This document shows, piece after piece, positions 13,013 to 24,223 of a DNA stretch of 54,897 bases. Origin of the DNA: Rhizaria sp. SCN 62-66 (Eukaryota); NCBI GenBank assembly GCA_001724265.1, contig MEDY01000040.1:62001-116897 (forward strand), read 5' to 3'. The notes under the pieces were generated by a model. The model was given only the letters and a program-made list of their open reading frames with translations, had not been told where the DNA came from and ran no database searches. Made by a program: the position numbers and the translations under genes. The number at the start of each line of letters is the position of its first letter. The stretch's first letter is position 1.

Positions 13013-13431
13013 AGTTTCAGGGAATGAAACACAACTCTGTTGTTGACAAATGAAAACAACAACTCCCCGTCCATCCTCACATTCTATTCCTGCAACAAAC
13101 ACACGCGCCCCAAACCCACACTATACCCGCGCGATTCGGGGGCCTTGGTGGACCCAAAATGCTTGCTTTGGTTCGGTCGGTCCGAGACCGCTCCACCACG
13201 AGTCGATTTCTGTGGCACTGACTGACAGGGAAAGTTAAGCCGCAATAACAAATCACTCTCGTGTGTCATATATCTAACGTCAAAGCAATTTGTATCCACA
13301 CTCTAACATTTCACCTTGTCGCTCACTTTTCCCATTTTAATTAAAACTCTTCCTGCGTCCGTCTCCAGACCGCACCGCCGATCCCCCCGACCGCCCCAGT
13401 CGCGTGAGCCGTTGTTGCACTCTTCCCAACC

Positions 13432-14453
13432 ATGTCCACGTCTACTTCACCTGTCCTGGCTCCTGCGGCGGACCCGCGCGCGGCTGCCATGGAGTCCGGC
13501 CTTTTCACCGTGCTCAAGCCCACGATCGAGGCCGTTGACGCCAATATCAAGAGCGTTTTCGACAGCCAGGCCTTTCTCGACTCCCAGCTCTCGAAGCTCG
13601 AGCAAGGTACACCCTCTTCCAACATTACACAAAAATCACCAAATCAATTAGAGCTTCGCTATGGCATTCTTCCATTGGGTTTCTATTACCAATCCTGCTC
13701 GTTTCCTTTAGCTCATTTGTTTCGTTCTTCTGCACTCCCTTTCGTCTCTTGCTTCCCCCGCCTGCTTTCTTCCATTTTCTCTGTTCTCTTCCTCAGCGCT
13801 GACTGCGGCCAAGGCTGCCCCGGCGCTTCCGTCGTACACGGAGTACTGCGACAAGCTCGCCGCGACGCGCCGCCACATTGCCGCGCTGCCGGCCGTCATT
13901 GCCCGCGTCGACGCCCGACTGGAGAAGCTGCGCGCACTGGTCCGCGCGCGCTCCGCCGCCGCCACCGCCGCCGCTGCCCCGGGTTCCGGCGCGCAGATCG
14001 CGCTTCCCGCTCCCACCACCACCGCAGCCGCAACCGCTGCCCCTGCCACTGCCCCTCAGACTGCGAGTGCGAGCGCGAGTGCGAGCGTGAAGGCGCCGGC
14101 GGTCCACCCTGCTGCTGCGCCTGCGCCCGCAGCGGTGGAGGCGGCGGCGGCGGCCAACTCTGACGCCATGAGCGCCGTGCTTGCCTGGGATGATAACAAC
14201 AACAACAACAGCAACAACAGTGCGAACGCTAATTCGAGTGCTGCTGGTGCTGCACCTGTTGCTGCCGCTGCTCCTGCTGCTGCTGCTGCTGCTGCTGCGG
14301 CGGCGGCGGTTGAGGGTGCTGAGGCAAGTCAGAGCGCTAGCAGTGACAAGAGGGAGCGCGATAGCAGCAGCAGTAGTAATGAGAATGAGACTGCTGTTGA
14401 CAACAAGGCTGAGGCTGAGGCTAAGCCTGCTGCTGCTGCTCCTGCTGCTGCTG

Positions 14454-14499
<46 letters not shown>

Positions 14500-14620
14500 T
14501 GCTGCTGCTGCTGAGACTGAGACTGCGACGAACAACAATAAGGGGAACAACAATAATCACAACAACAGTAACAATGGTGGTGGCGGCGGCAAGAAGAGCA
14601 AGAAGAAGGGTGGTAAGTGA
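13432..14620 (+). CDS. SNAPIN: Snapin/Pallidin-family (BLOC-1/BORC subunit) coiled-coil protein with a long Ala/Asn-rich tail; exons 13432-13606, 13797-14620; ~332 aa
   Basis: SGLFTVLKPTIEAVDANIKSVFDSQAFLDSQLSKL...YCDKLAATRRHI...VDARLEKL fits the Snapin pattern (GL..LL.P.....D..V..V..SQ..L...Y.KKL...R.R). 190-nt intron. Ends in TGA. Confidence 0.72.
14270..14515 (+). repeat. Interrupted (GCT)n microsatellites encoding poly-Ala / APAAAA in the Snapin-like tail
   Basis: Visible runs of gct/cct triplets. Confidence 0.85.
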
Positions 14621-15053
14621 TGTCATCAAAGTCCTTACTTGATCTAAGTACCCTCTTGTAAGATCACTTACTGGTGTAGGCTGGTCATTTTGTTACTACT
14701 GCAACTTTTGAGATATCAAAAGAAACTTAAATACGAATACACATCCTTTTGATTATCACTGAGAAGATGTTTTGCATATGTGGAAATGATATGTCGACAT
14801 ACTGAGTCTTTATGGATGCATGACAGCTTGTTTTCTAACGGATGCACGTTGCCAATGATGATATGATGCCATGAATATCAAGGTATATGTCTCGTTAAGA
14901 AGAAGTGGTTTCGAGTTGGTTCTGTATTCATAGATAAGTCAAGACAGATACTACTACGTAGTTTAGTTACAACAATATTTTGAAATATTTTCACGCTCCT
15001 AGCGTGTTTTAAGTGCAGTTTGTTCGAGATATGGGGTTTTGCGTCCTTCGGCC

Positions 15054-15533
15054 TTAGGCGAGCTTCTTGGAGGCAGCCTTGGCCTTCTTGGCGTCCTTGG
15101 CAGCCTTCTTCTCCGCCTGCTTCACCGAGCGCTGCGAGCGCGCGTCGAGAATGTGCGTGACAACCATGGCCATGCCGGCAACGAAGGCCGCGGCAAGGAT
15201 CCACATGAGCCAAGACGGCAGGCGCAGCGCCATGCCGTTGGCGGCGAGCTTCATGCCGGGCAGCTCGGGGATGCTGTCGTCCTGCGGCGGGTTCTCGAAG
15301 TCGAATTCCTGGGATAAAGATCACGCAAGTAAACGCGATAGATGTTGAGAGAAGGTGATACAGACGAGTGGTTAGGTTTGGGAGTGGTTTCAGTTTGTCC
15401 GGATTGAGAGAGAGTTAGTCACTTGCAAGGGTGGGGAGCACACAAACAAAGTGATGCAAGCTTGACGAACCTGGGCAGTCGCAACGGACAGAAGAGCGCC
15501 GGCAAGGAACGCGAGAAGGGCCGTGAGCTTCAT
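15054..15533 (-). CDS. Small type-I membrane protein with signal peptide and C-terminal KKxx; exons 15533-15471, 15308-15054; ~105 aa
   Basis: MKLTALLAFLAGALLSVATAQ (signal-like), an acidic segment EFDFENPPQDDSIPE, hydrophobic WLMWILAAAFVAGMAMVVTHIL, and a Lys-rich tail ending KKLA-TAA. Strong GC3 bias. 162-nt GT-AG intron. Confidence 0.75.
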
Positions 15534-15779
15534 GCTGGAGAGAGCATTGAGGCGTGGCAGAGCAGGGCGGGAGTGGGCGATGATCAGGCAAAAGAGTGAG
15601 TCGCAAGAGATGCTGGTTCGTGGCATTGACGAGTTGTGTAAGGTATTTACAAAGAAATTCAATTGACAATACACAAAAATAGCTAGATAACCCCATTGCT
15701 ATCTTGATTGTACGAATACAAATCGAGATTAGCTTTTGTTTCGGACAGTGTTGCATGCGTCATCACTTAACCAGAGCAG

Positions 15780-15819
15780 AAAAAAAAAAAAAAAAAAAAA
15801 CGGGGGGAAAAAAAAAAAA
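15780..15819. repeat. Poly(dA) tracts in a divergent intergenic region
   Basis: A run of ~21 A, then CGGGGGG, then ~12 A, between the head-to-head genes starting at 15533(-) and 16195(+). Confidence 0.8.
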
Positions 15820-16194
15820 GTCACTCCTCTGCCATGACAGACACGTCGTCAGAGAGCGACCAAGTCGACTATTGTGATGTTTTGCTGCTCTGCACACTTT
15901 GTAAAAGTGGTTGTGATGTTGAAAACCAGAGAGAGAACTACTGTTAGACTATTCTGTTTCTTTAAGCAACCGCTTTCACGTTTGTTTATCTCTTGAAATT
16001 CGGGGTGTTACAAACCCTCCACAAGTCCGCGTCTCCTTTTTTTTCGCAACTTGTTTGCGCGCGGCAACGTTTACTTTCATTGACTGGTTATTTGCAACTC
16101 ATCTTGCTTGTCCCATATTTTCCGTTTCTTTCTGACGCTTTATTGCTTTACTGACCCGGCTCTGACACTGACCGAACAACACAATAGACTGCAA

Positions 16195-17931
16195 ATGCTG
16201 AGCTCGCGCGTTCTCCTTGCTCTGGCCTGCGCCATTCTCTCCCTCGCCGGCACTTGCACGGCATTCATCAGCACCATCGAGCTGACGGGTAACCTGCCGT
16301 ACTCGTACGCCGACTCTTCGCGCGGCACGTTCAAGCACGCCTTCCGCGGCACCACCTCCTCGCCCTCGGACAAGGCCTTCGTGTTCATCAACGACGCCGA
16401 CTCGATGACGTTCGACGTCGCTTCCAACGCGCCCACGTCTATCTTCTCCACGTATCAGGCCCGCTTCAACGCGTCGTACTACTTCATCCCGCTCCGCTTC
16501 CATCAGAGCTCCTCCGACGTTCCCTCTTTCGGGCTGCGCGACACGGTGCACATGGAGCACATGGTCAACGATCTCCACGTTCTCCTCACCGAGCAGGAGG
16601 TCCTCAAGAATATCAACCAGATCATTCTCGTCGGCACCGGCCGCGGCGGCGCTGTGGCGGCCCACTACCGCGCGCTCTACGCCTCACTTAACAAGCGCGT
16701 GTTGGGCGCCCTTGTGGATACTCCGACGATGAAGAAGGCCACCACGTCGCTTATCTACTCCTTCCCCACCGGCGCACCCGAGGACTGCACCTCGGCCATC
16801 GCTGCCGCCGTCAAGGTATGATATCCCAGGCCTGTTCTTCCTCTCATGATCTCTCGTTTGATATCTTTTTTTTTGCGCACAGAAACACGACATGTTTCCA
16901 CATTCATGAGCTTTGTCGTTGACATCGGACTTTGTGGTATCTTTATTGATGTCCCTTCTCTTACAACATTGTTTTCTCATTGATAATGCTATTTTTCTTT
17001 TTCGTTACTTTTTCTCCCCGCTTTGATAGGACATTGACGCGGGCCTGCGTGCCGACACCACGGGCGAGTACGGCAAGGATCTCGCGACCAAGCTCAACCT
17101 GTGCTCTGCGCCCCCGATCGGCATGTCCGCTCCGGAGCGTGCTTTCTTCTGGTACCAGATCTCGTACCCGTTTGCCCGCTACATGAACTCCCCGCATTCG
17201 ATGTTCGGCAACACGCCCCGCAGTGTGGACGCCCTCTGCAAGCGTATCACGATGGCGAATTATCTGCCCGAGTTCATTACGGCTTCCAAGGCCATGCGCA
17301 TGACGTCCACGTGCGTCGATATTGACATGAACTCCGCACTCACCACTGGCCCCAAGCTCGACATGTACCAGGTACGTTACTAATTGATATGTCACATTTC
17401 AAGCAAGTCCATTTTGTACGTCAGAATAACTTAAACCTCACAATCCTCACAATCCATTTTTTGTTTGTGTTTTGTCCGCTCCTTGCGTACTCATGACTCA
17501 TGACACACGCGTAGGGCACCGAGCTGGCGTACTCATGCTCCGGCGGCCTTGCGATTCCCACAACGAGCGGCATCACCTCGATCTACGCCCCCGACGCTGT
17601 CTCCAAGGATCTGTACGATGACCTGTGTCGCCTCTACCTCGGCCCCAAGTTCAACATCGCCACCGCGGCGGCCGCTGCTGACCGCATCGAGCGCAACCTT
17701 AACATGAACAAGCCGTATGCTGGCAGCAAGGTGTTCTTCGTGCACTCGACTCTTGACGCACTGTCCAATCTCGGCGACATCTACCCCGTGCCGCAGCCCG
17801 CCAACACCGTTGTGCAGTCCAAGACCATTCGTGGCTTCGCGTTCCGTTCGCCCTCAACCGCGGACTCGGCCGAGCTGCGCGAAATCAAGCGCAAGATCGC
17901 CGCGTATGTCGACGATATCTTCATCCAGTAA
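16195..17931 (+). CDS. Secreted/lysosomal peptidase family S28 (PRCP/DPP7/PRSS16-like) homologue, probably catalytically inactive; exons 16195-16815, 17030-17371, 17515-17931; ~459 aa
   Basis: Signal peptide followed by S28-like landmarks in the expected order: TFKHAF, FVFIND, LRFH, ILVGTGRGGAVAAHYRALY (nucleophile elbow), C...I...VK.ID, KLNLC, YQGTELAY and KVFFVHSTLDAL. Two GT-AG introns. Ends in TAA. Confidence 0.65.
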
Positions 17932-18992
17932 GCGCGCCGCAGCCACATTGTTGGTTGTCGTTTGCTTATCAAGCAATCAGTTAAGTGAGACAAAGTCGCA
18001 AAGCGTGTGTAAGCAGCGAACAACATGAGAAAGAAATATGAAGTATTCGCACTAGTATACCGCATTGCAGCCGATGTTCTTGCTGTTTCTGTTGGTTTGT
18101 TTGTTTTTGTGTTTTGTTCTCCTTTTTCTTTAGACCATATTCCAGCATTTTGCATGTGTACGCGTTTGTACTGTCAATTCTTCAGTGCCACAGTGTCTTC
18201 TTGTGTGCTTGTTTTCTCGTTTGTTTTGTCAGACGTACAGTAGTATCCGGATACTACTGTACTGTATGAGGCACAAATACTTTTAAGCAATAGTTAATGC
18301 GATTCTTGTCTATTTCCCATTTTGTATTTCCCCTTGGTCACGGTGTTAGCATTCTTTTGAAGAGTAGTTCACATCGACAGCACAGCAACACCAGGTACCC
18401 TTCCATGTTGTACCTATCGCGTGACAGGTTATATTATTTGTTTTGTAATATGTTCGCGATGTGACTACCACTTGACTTCTTTGCCGTCAGTGTTTGTTCT
18501 TGTGCCCCTCCCATCCATATGTAACACCGTGATGACTAATGACCACCGTTATCCGTTTGGAGAATATACAGAGGATACGTTCTCACAAGTGATCGCTCGT
18601 TTGATTTGACATATATTTTACACACCTGAAACTTTCTTGATTTGCCATTATATTTATTTCAGCAATCAGCGCGTGGACGCGTTACAAAACGGGCGTTTCT
18701 GCTGATGTTTTATTCACTTGTGGTGACGGACGACCCGTGCGACGAGGTGAGAAAGCAGCGTGGCGAAGACCAACTGACTAGCATCGATATCAGCACGTAC
18801 CGTCGTCAGCTCCGAGTGTTTGAGACAAATCTTACGATATGCATGTTACTATGCTTATCTGTAAAATGTTGACACTGAGCTGTCGATCTATTCTCATAAA
18901 ATCCTCACTCTTTTTCTCGTGATGACGCATCCCTTTCTTGCTCTGGCGCCCTTCATTTCCTGCCCTGCACAGCTCGTCCCCAGCGCGCCTCA

Positions 18993-20420
18993 ATGCACCC
19001 CGGCGCAATCCTTGGCGTTCAGCACGTGCTGAACGAGCATGGCATCATTGACTCCATGCACCGCACTGTTGCCCGCACCCACCAAAGCCAGAGCTCCTCC
19101 GCGACCCCGCCCGTGCCCCCCCGCTCCCTCATGCCTCCCCCTGGCGGCGCCGCGGGCGCTGCAGGCGTCGACACTATGGGCGGCATGGGTGGCATGGGCG
19201 GCTCGCTCATTCGCGGGCGTTCCCCCGGCCGCGGCGGCGCTGCCCCGGCGTCCCCCGCGATGGTCGCGTCTGCCCGCTTCTCGCGCTCGCCGATGCTTTC
19301 GGCCGCCGACGCGCTGCCCGCGTCCTTCGCCGACGATATGCTCGTGCTCAACCCCACCGCCACGCCCGCCGCCGTCTCGGCCGCGGGCGGCGGCGCGGGC
19401 GCGGGGCACCACCAGCTGCCGTACACGACGACGCACACCACGGTGGCGGGGGGAACGCACGTAACACATGCCGCCCACGGTCACCTGCTCGCCGGCACAG
19501 TCGGCACGGCCACAGTCACCCACGGCGGCGGCGCCGGCGCTGGCGCTGCTGCGGGCGCGGCCAGAGGCTTCGGTGGCGTGACCGTGAGCGATGTCGACCC
19601 GCTGAGGCCGGTCAAGCTCGCGCCCAAGGCCACGTTCTCCGCCCCGGCGCCGCTGCCTGTGTCTCTCTCCTCTACCTCAGACTCCGACGCTGCTGCCTCT
19701 GCTGCGTACGGCGGCGGTGTCATCCCGATCATTGGACTCGAAGCTCCCGATGGGTCCGCGTCGACGCCTGTCTCGCCCGTCGTTTTCTCACCGATCCCGA
19801 TCACACTTCCCCTCTCTCTCAACAACAACAACAACAACAACAATAGCAACAACAGCAGCAACGCTAACGCTGGTGACAGTGGCAGTGGTAAGAGCAGTGG
19901 CGTGCTGGCGAGCGCTCTTACACAACAGTCCCCTGCCATGGGCGCCGCTATCGGCCGCCGCAGCCGTGTCGCCAGCCCATTAGTCAACGGACTCAGCGCT
20001 GCTGGAGGTACTTACCAGTCTAAGGGGGACTCGCCCGACCTCGTCAATGCGCACAAAGTTGTCGCAGGAATCAGCGGCTTAACTTTGAGCGAAGGCCCTC
20101 AGGCCGCCACCGGCAGGGCTCGCGGCCGCTCCCCGACCCGGATCGCCCCGCTCATCGCTAACCCCAACGCTAATACAGCTGTGTCTGGGATCAGCGAGAC
20201 GTGTGAGCATTTACAGCACTTGGACGCCGCCCAGCGGAGCGAGATGGACCCGTGCCCCGAATGTGACCGTGTGTCGCGGACGCGTGACCGTGAGCGCGCC
20301 CGCTCACGGTCGCTCGCGCGCAGTGCGATTGCGGGCAGCAACTCGGACCTCTCCGTCGCGCTATCATCCTTCTTGGGCGACGCGATCGTGCCCGCTCAGT
20401 CGTCGCCGACGTCCAAGTAA
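18993..20420 (+). CDS. Uncharacterised low-complexity protein, at least 475 aa; true 5' end uncertain
   Basis: Long GC-rich ORF preceded by a polypyrimidine tract and CAG acceptor at 18972, implying an upstream exon (coding or UTR). Repeated RGRSP/RSRS motifs and a C-terminal CEH...CPEC cluster. Ends in TAA. Confidence 0.7.
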   Translation: MHPGAILGVQHVLNEHGIIDSMHRTVARTHQSQSSSATPPVPPRSLMPPPGGAAGAAGVDTMGGMGGMGGSLIRGRSPGRGGAAPASPAMVASARFSRSPMLSAADALPASFADDMLVLNPTATPAAVSAAGGGAGAGHHQLPYTTTHTTVAGGTHVTHAAHGHLLAGTVGTATVTHGGGAGAGAAAGAARGFGGVTVSDVDPLRPVKLAPKATFSAPAPLPVSLSSTSDSDAAASAAYGGGVIPIIGLEAPDGSASTPVSPVVFSPIPITLPLSLNNNNNNNNSNNSSNANAGDSGSGKSSGVLASALTQQSPAMGAAIGRRSRVASPLVNGLSAAGGTYQSKGDSPDLVNAHKVVAGISGLTLSEGPQAATGRARGRSPTRIAPLIANPNANTAVSGISETCEHLQHLDAAQRSEMDPCPECDRVSRTRDRERARSRSLARSAIAGSNSDLSVALSSFLGDAIVPAQSSPTSK

Positions 20421-21304
20421 GTGTTAAACAAGTTAGGCCAAGTCTACTTTTATGTCGAAGCGCTCTCGTTTGTTTCTAACCTCACGACTGACTAACGCAC
20501 ATTTTCGCTTCTGTGTGTGTTAAGACACATAAAGTTAGAGAGCAAAGTGATGCAATTCGTGTTTTTTGTTGTTGTATTTTCTTTGGAATTGTATCAACTG
20601 CTATATTTGTATCACTCTTTGTGTTTTACGTCATGTTTCAACTTTCGAGTTTTCCACTCGTTTTATTTTTTCATCAAATTGGTTTTCATGTGTTTCACCT
20701 TAATTTTCCGAATTTACCCTCACTGTCTTATAAGTAATCACATTGCCGTCTTATATGGATAACACTACTAAATACTTAATTAATTACTATTTTACTTAGT
20801 TTTGTCTGTCGTATTCTTAACTTGACGTAACCCGCGATCTCATGACCAGAATTTCTTGTCAACTGTCATAGTCTAACAATACTCAAAATGACGACTGCCA
20901 TCAACTAATTTTTTAAATTTCAAACTTAATACTTCATAGTACATGTACAAACATTGTGAATAATAAATACCACATTGTATTTCAACGCAAGCTTACATGC
21001 GTACCAGTGGTGTCGCGTGAACTCGTTCTGTAGTAAGTCTTAGAAATGAGGTTTGATGACTTTTATTGTACAGTGTACGTATTATATGCCATGTATAATA
21101 CGATTTCATGAGGGACACAGACAAAAATGAACGCTTAGGCTTCATAATACACAAAGAAAACAGCAATCTTAACAACGTTAATCGACTAAACGAACGACAG
21201 TAGACGCGTTTGCAAGTTAATGGCCCTCACTTGCACTCAAGCAACTACATACAGTCAACTTGCATTGACGCTAGTTCAGGATCTTGGCAAGACTGGGATT
21301 GTTT

Positions 21305-24223
21305 TCAGTTAAGACGCGACTGCAACTCTGCAATCTGCCGCTGGAGCGCGTCAATGTCACCCTCAACACTGCTGTTGTTGTAGTTACTGTTACTGTTGTC
21401 ATAGCCGTTAGAATCGTAACCCTGAGCGTTGTTACCGTAGTTATACGACTGCTGCTGCGGCTGCTGCTGCTGGAAGGTGTTATTGCCCCGCTGCTGCTGC
21501 TGCTGCTGCTGCATTGCGCCCATCACACGGGACCGCTGCTGCTGCGACAAACCATGCTGCTGTTGCGGCTGCGGCTGGTACTGCTGCTGCTGCTGCTGGC
21601 CCTGGCCATAGCTATAGCCTTGCTCCCGTTGCTGCTGGCTGTGAGCTCCATACTGCTGCTGTTGCTGCTGCTGTTGCGGCTGCGGTTGGTACGCGGCGGC
21701 GGGGCCGCCCCACTGCCCCTGCTGCTGCATCTGCTGCGCGCCCTGAGGCGTGAACCGGCCGCTCTGGTCCGGACCACCGAACTGACCGTTTGCAGAATAG
21801 CCGTTACTCGCGCCGCCGACTGGAGTGCCAGCAGAGCGACGGCCGTAGCCAGCCGCGGCGCCGCCACCGCCGCTGTTGTAACTAGTGTTGTTGTAGTTGT
21901 TGTTATGTCCACAGTGGCTGTTGGTGGTGTTCTCAGGCGCAGTGTGGATAAGGCCGTAGCCGATGGTGTCCTTAAAGGGAACGCGGGACTGCGGCGGCGG
22001 GACGGGGGCTTCGCCCATGTCGTTGAGAGAGAAGTGGGAAGCGTTGGCGTTTTCGCGAGCCACCACAGGTCGCGGCGTCTATAAATCCACAAAAATACAC
22101 GCAAATAGGAAAAAAACGAAAGAAACATAAGCAATATACATAGACACAACGAAAACGCAGAGAACCGTTCGAAACAACTATGGGTACAGTTAATCAATAA
22201 GTACCACAGTTGCTTAAGGGGTTCAGTTCAACATCAGAGGCATAGGGCTATTTGCGTGTGTTATTTGATCACGTACCTCACCGCGCTGCCCGGTGTAGTT
22301 GGTGCCGTAGGAGCTGACGCCCCACTGCTGCTGCTGTTGCTGCTGCTGCTGATACTGCTGCTGGTACTGCTCCTGCCCCGCCGTCGTCCCGGCGGGCTTG
22401 AACTGGTACCCGTCGTGCGCAGCTCCGATCTTACCGGCGACCACAGGCGCGGCGTGCGGCAAACGGCTCGCGCCGGAGCCATACGTGCCGCCGGGCTGCT
22501 GCTGGCCGGGAACGGTGGCCATGGCGGCGGCGGTGTGGCCAGGCACGGGCGTGTACGGGATCGGCGTTCCCACAGCCTAAACAAAATGAAACACGAGCAC
22601 CGAATCATGGCGGATAGTGAGCTAATGTTCACGAGCGTAGCATAAAAAAAAGCCTGATAGTATAAAATAATACATTCTACACGATTACATAAATTTGTGA
22701 TATATTGCATTGATAGAGACGAGATATATGCGATTAAGTGAGTTCGTTCGAAGGCGTACCTGAGGAGCCCTGCGGCCAGCGATGACCGGAGTCGCGGTCC
22801 GACGGCCGCCGCCCAGCAGCGCGCTGCCGCTGTTGTGCGCGGTGGACGCCGTGGGGGCGCCGACGACCCATTCGGGGTATCGCTGGTACATGCCGACGAG
22901 ACCGTGGGTTAGCAGGTACACGCGCGCGAAACCCTTCTGGATCAACAGCGTCGCCGCCTATACGCGATCAAAATCAATCATGAACAAAAGATCAAAGTGT
23001 CGTGATTAATATACCCACTTTGTGAAAGTTACACACTCACACCACTAATGGTTTTCAACTTTGATTATAGGAGTATATAGGATTGAAGCAGAGTAGAGTA
23101 AAGATTCTAGTTATTCAAGCACGTACCTCTGCACCAATGTCGCTCTCCTGCTAGGAGCAGACGATCACAACACGTTTCTCGTGGTTCTTGAACGCCCACA
23201 CCTCGCTGCTGAATTGGTCGCGCTTGATCTTGAGGAACGGGAAGCTCGCTGCGCCGTACAAGTGACCGACAGCGAACTCAGCACTCTCGCGTACGTCGAT
23301 AACAAGCGGAACCGTGTCCTCGCTGACGCCCTCCGGCAGCCGCAGCGCCGCCGTCGTGCGCGTCGCCCCCATCGCGCCGGTGCCGCCGCCGTTGACCGGA
23401 GTGAGGCGGCCTCGGGCGGCTTTGGTCAGCGCAGAGCCGGTCGACGACGGGGTGTTCGCACCGGTGTTGGCGCCGGACAGAGGCGTGCCGGCGCGGCGGC
23501 CCGCCGTAGGGGTGCCACGTCCCCCGGCGGCGGCGGCGGCGCTGCTGCCGCTGCCGGTGGCGGACAGGGTCGCGGGCCCGGGGGGGAAGACTGGGCCGGT
23601 GCTGCGAGGAGCCGGCAGAGGCGTGACGTAGCCAGTCGGCACGGTGACTGTGTTGCCGGCAGTAAAGGCAGAGAGGTCAAACCCGGCGGGCAGGTCGGTA
23701 AACGAGGACTGGCTCGCATCAGTGTGCTCACCACCGTTGCCAGTGGAGTCAGCGTTAGCCTGTGAAGCGCCGTATTCAGCCTGTTGCTGCTGCTGCTGTT
23801 GCTCGAATGCGACGCGGTTGCGCTCAAGCCGCGCGGTAAGTAGCAGAATAAGCTGCGTGCGGCTGATGCGGTTGAAGGGCTCGTAGGGGCGCTCAACGGG
23901 CGGCTTGACGTTGCCAGCATGCGCGCCCGTTTGCCCCAACATCCTCGACTGCACGTGGTCGTATTTGCCGGGGAAAGCGGGCTTAGGCACACCGAGAGCC
24001 TTGTTCGGGTCGCCGATCGGCTCACGGGCGCGGATTTGACGGTCACTGGAGGCGTCACAGGGAGAAGTGATGGTGCAAGAGGGTCATGCAGTGAAACAGT
24101 GTTATGTGAGAGCTTGAAAGAGGTTATGCGGGCATTTGGAAGTCCAAATCGATTGTGGGACAGTAAATCAATGCGTGGTAGATGTGCACGTTGTTTGCAG
24201 ATGACATACGAGATCTTACTCAT
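21305..24223 (-). CDS. CEP41: Centrosomal protein CEP41 (rhodanese-like domain); exons 24223-24210, 24045-23127, 22957-22760, 22576-22277, 22078-21305; in-frame TAG at 23153-23151; ~734 aa
   Basis: N-terminal PIGDP....P...KYDHVQSR and domain LVIDVRE..EF..GHLYGAASFP..KIKRDQFS.EV..FKN....VVIVCS*QESDIGAE|AATLLIQKGFARVYLLTHGL....RYPE match CEP41. Gln-rich tail. Four GT-AG introns. Ends in TGA. Confidence 0.85.

Noticed and set aside
18363-18746. Hand-spliced peptide VVHID...PGT..CTYRV...SAW..YKT...LFTCGDG, faintly like a purple acid phosphatase FN3/GDxG junction
   Set aside because: It needs weak splice sites, has no start codon and lacks further metallophosphoesterase motifs. Too speculative.
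23151-23153. Pyrrolysine or selenocysteine insertion
   Set aside because: Sec uses UGA and Pyl machinery is prokaryotic. The sites lie in unrelated proteins and I saw no shared downstream element.
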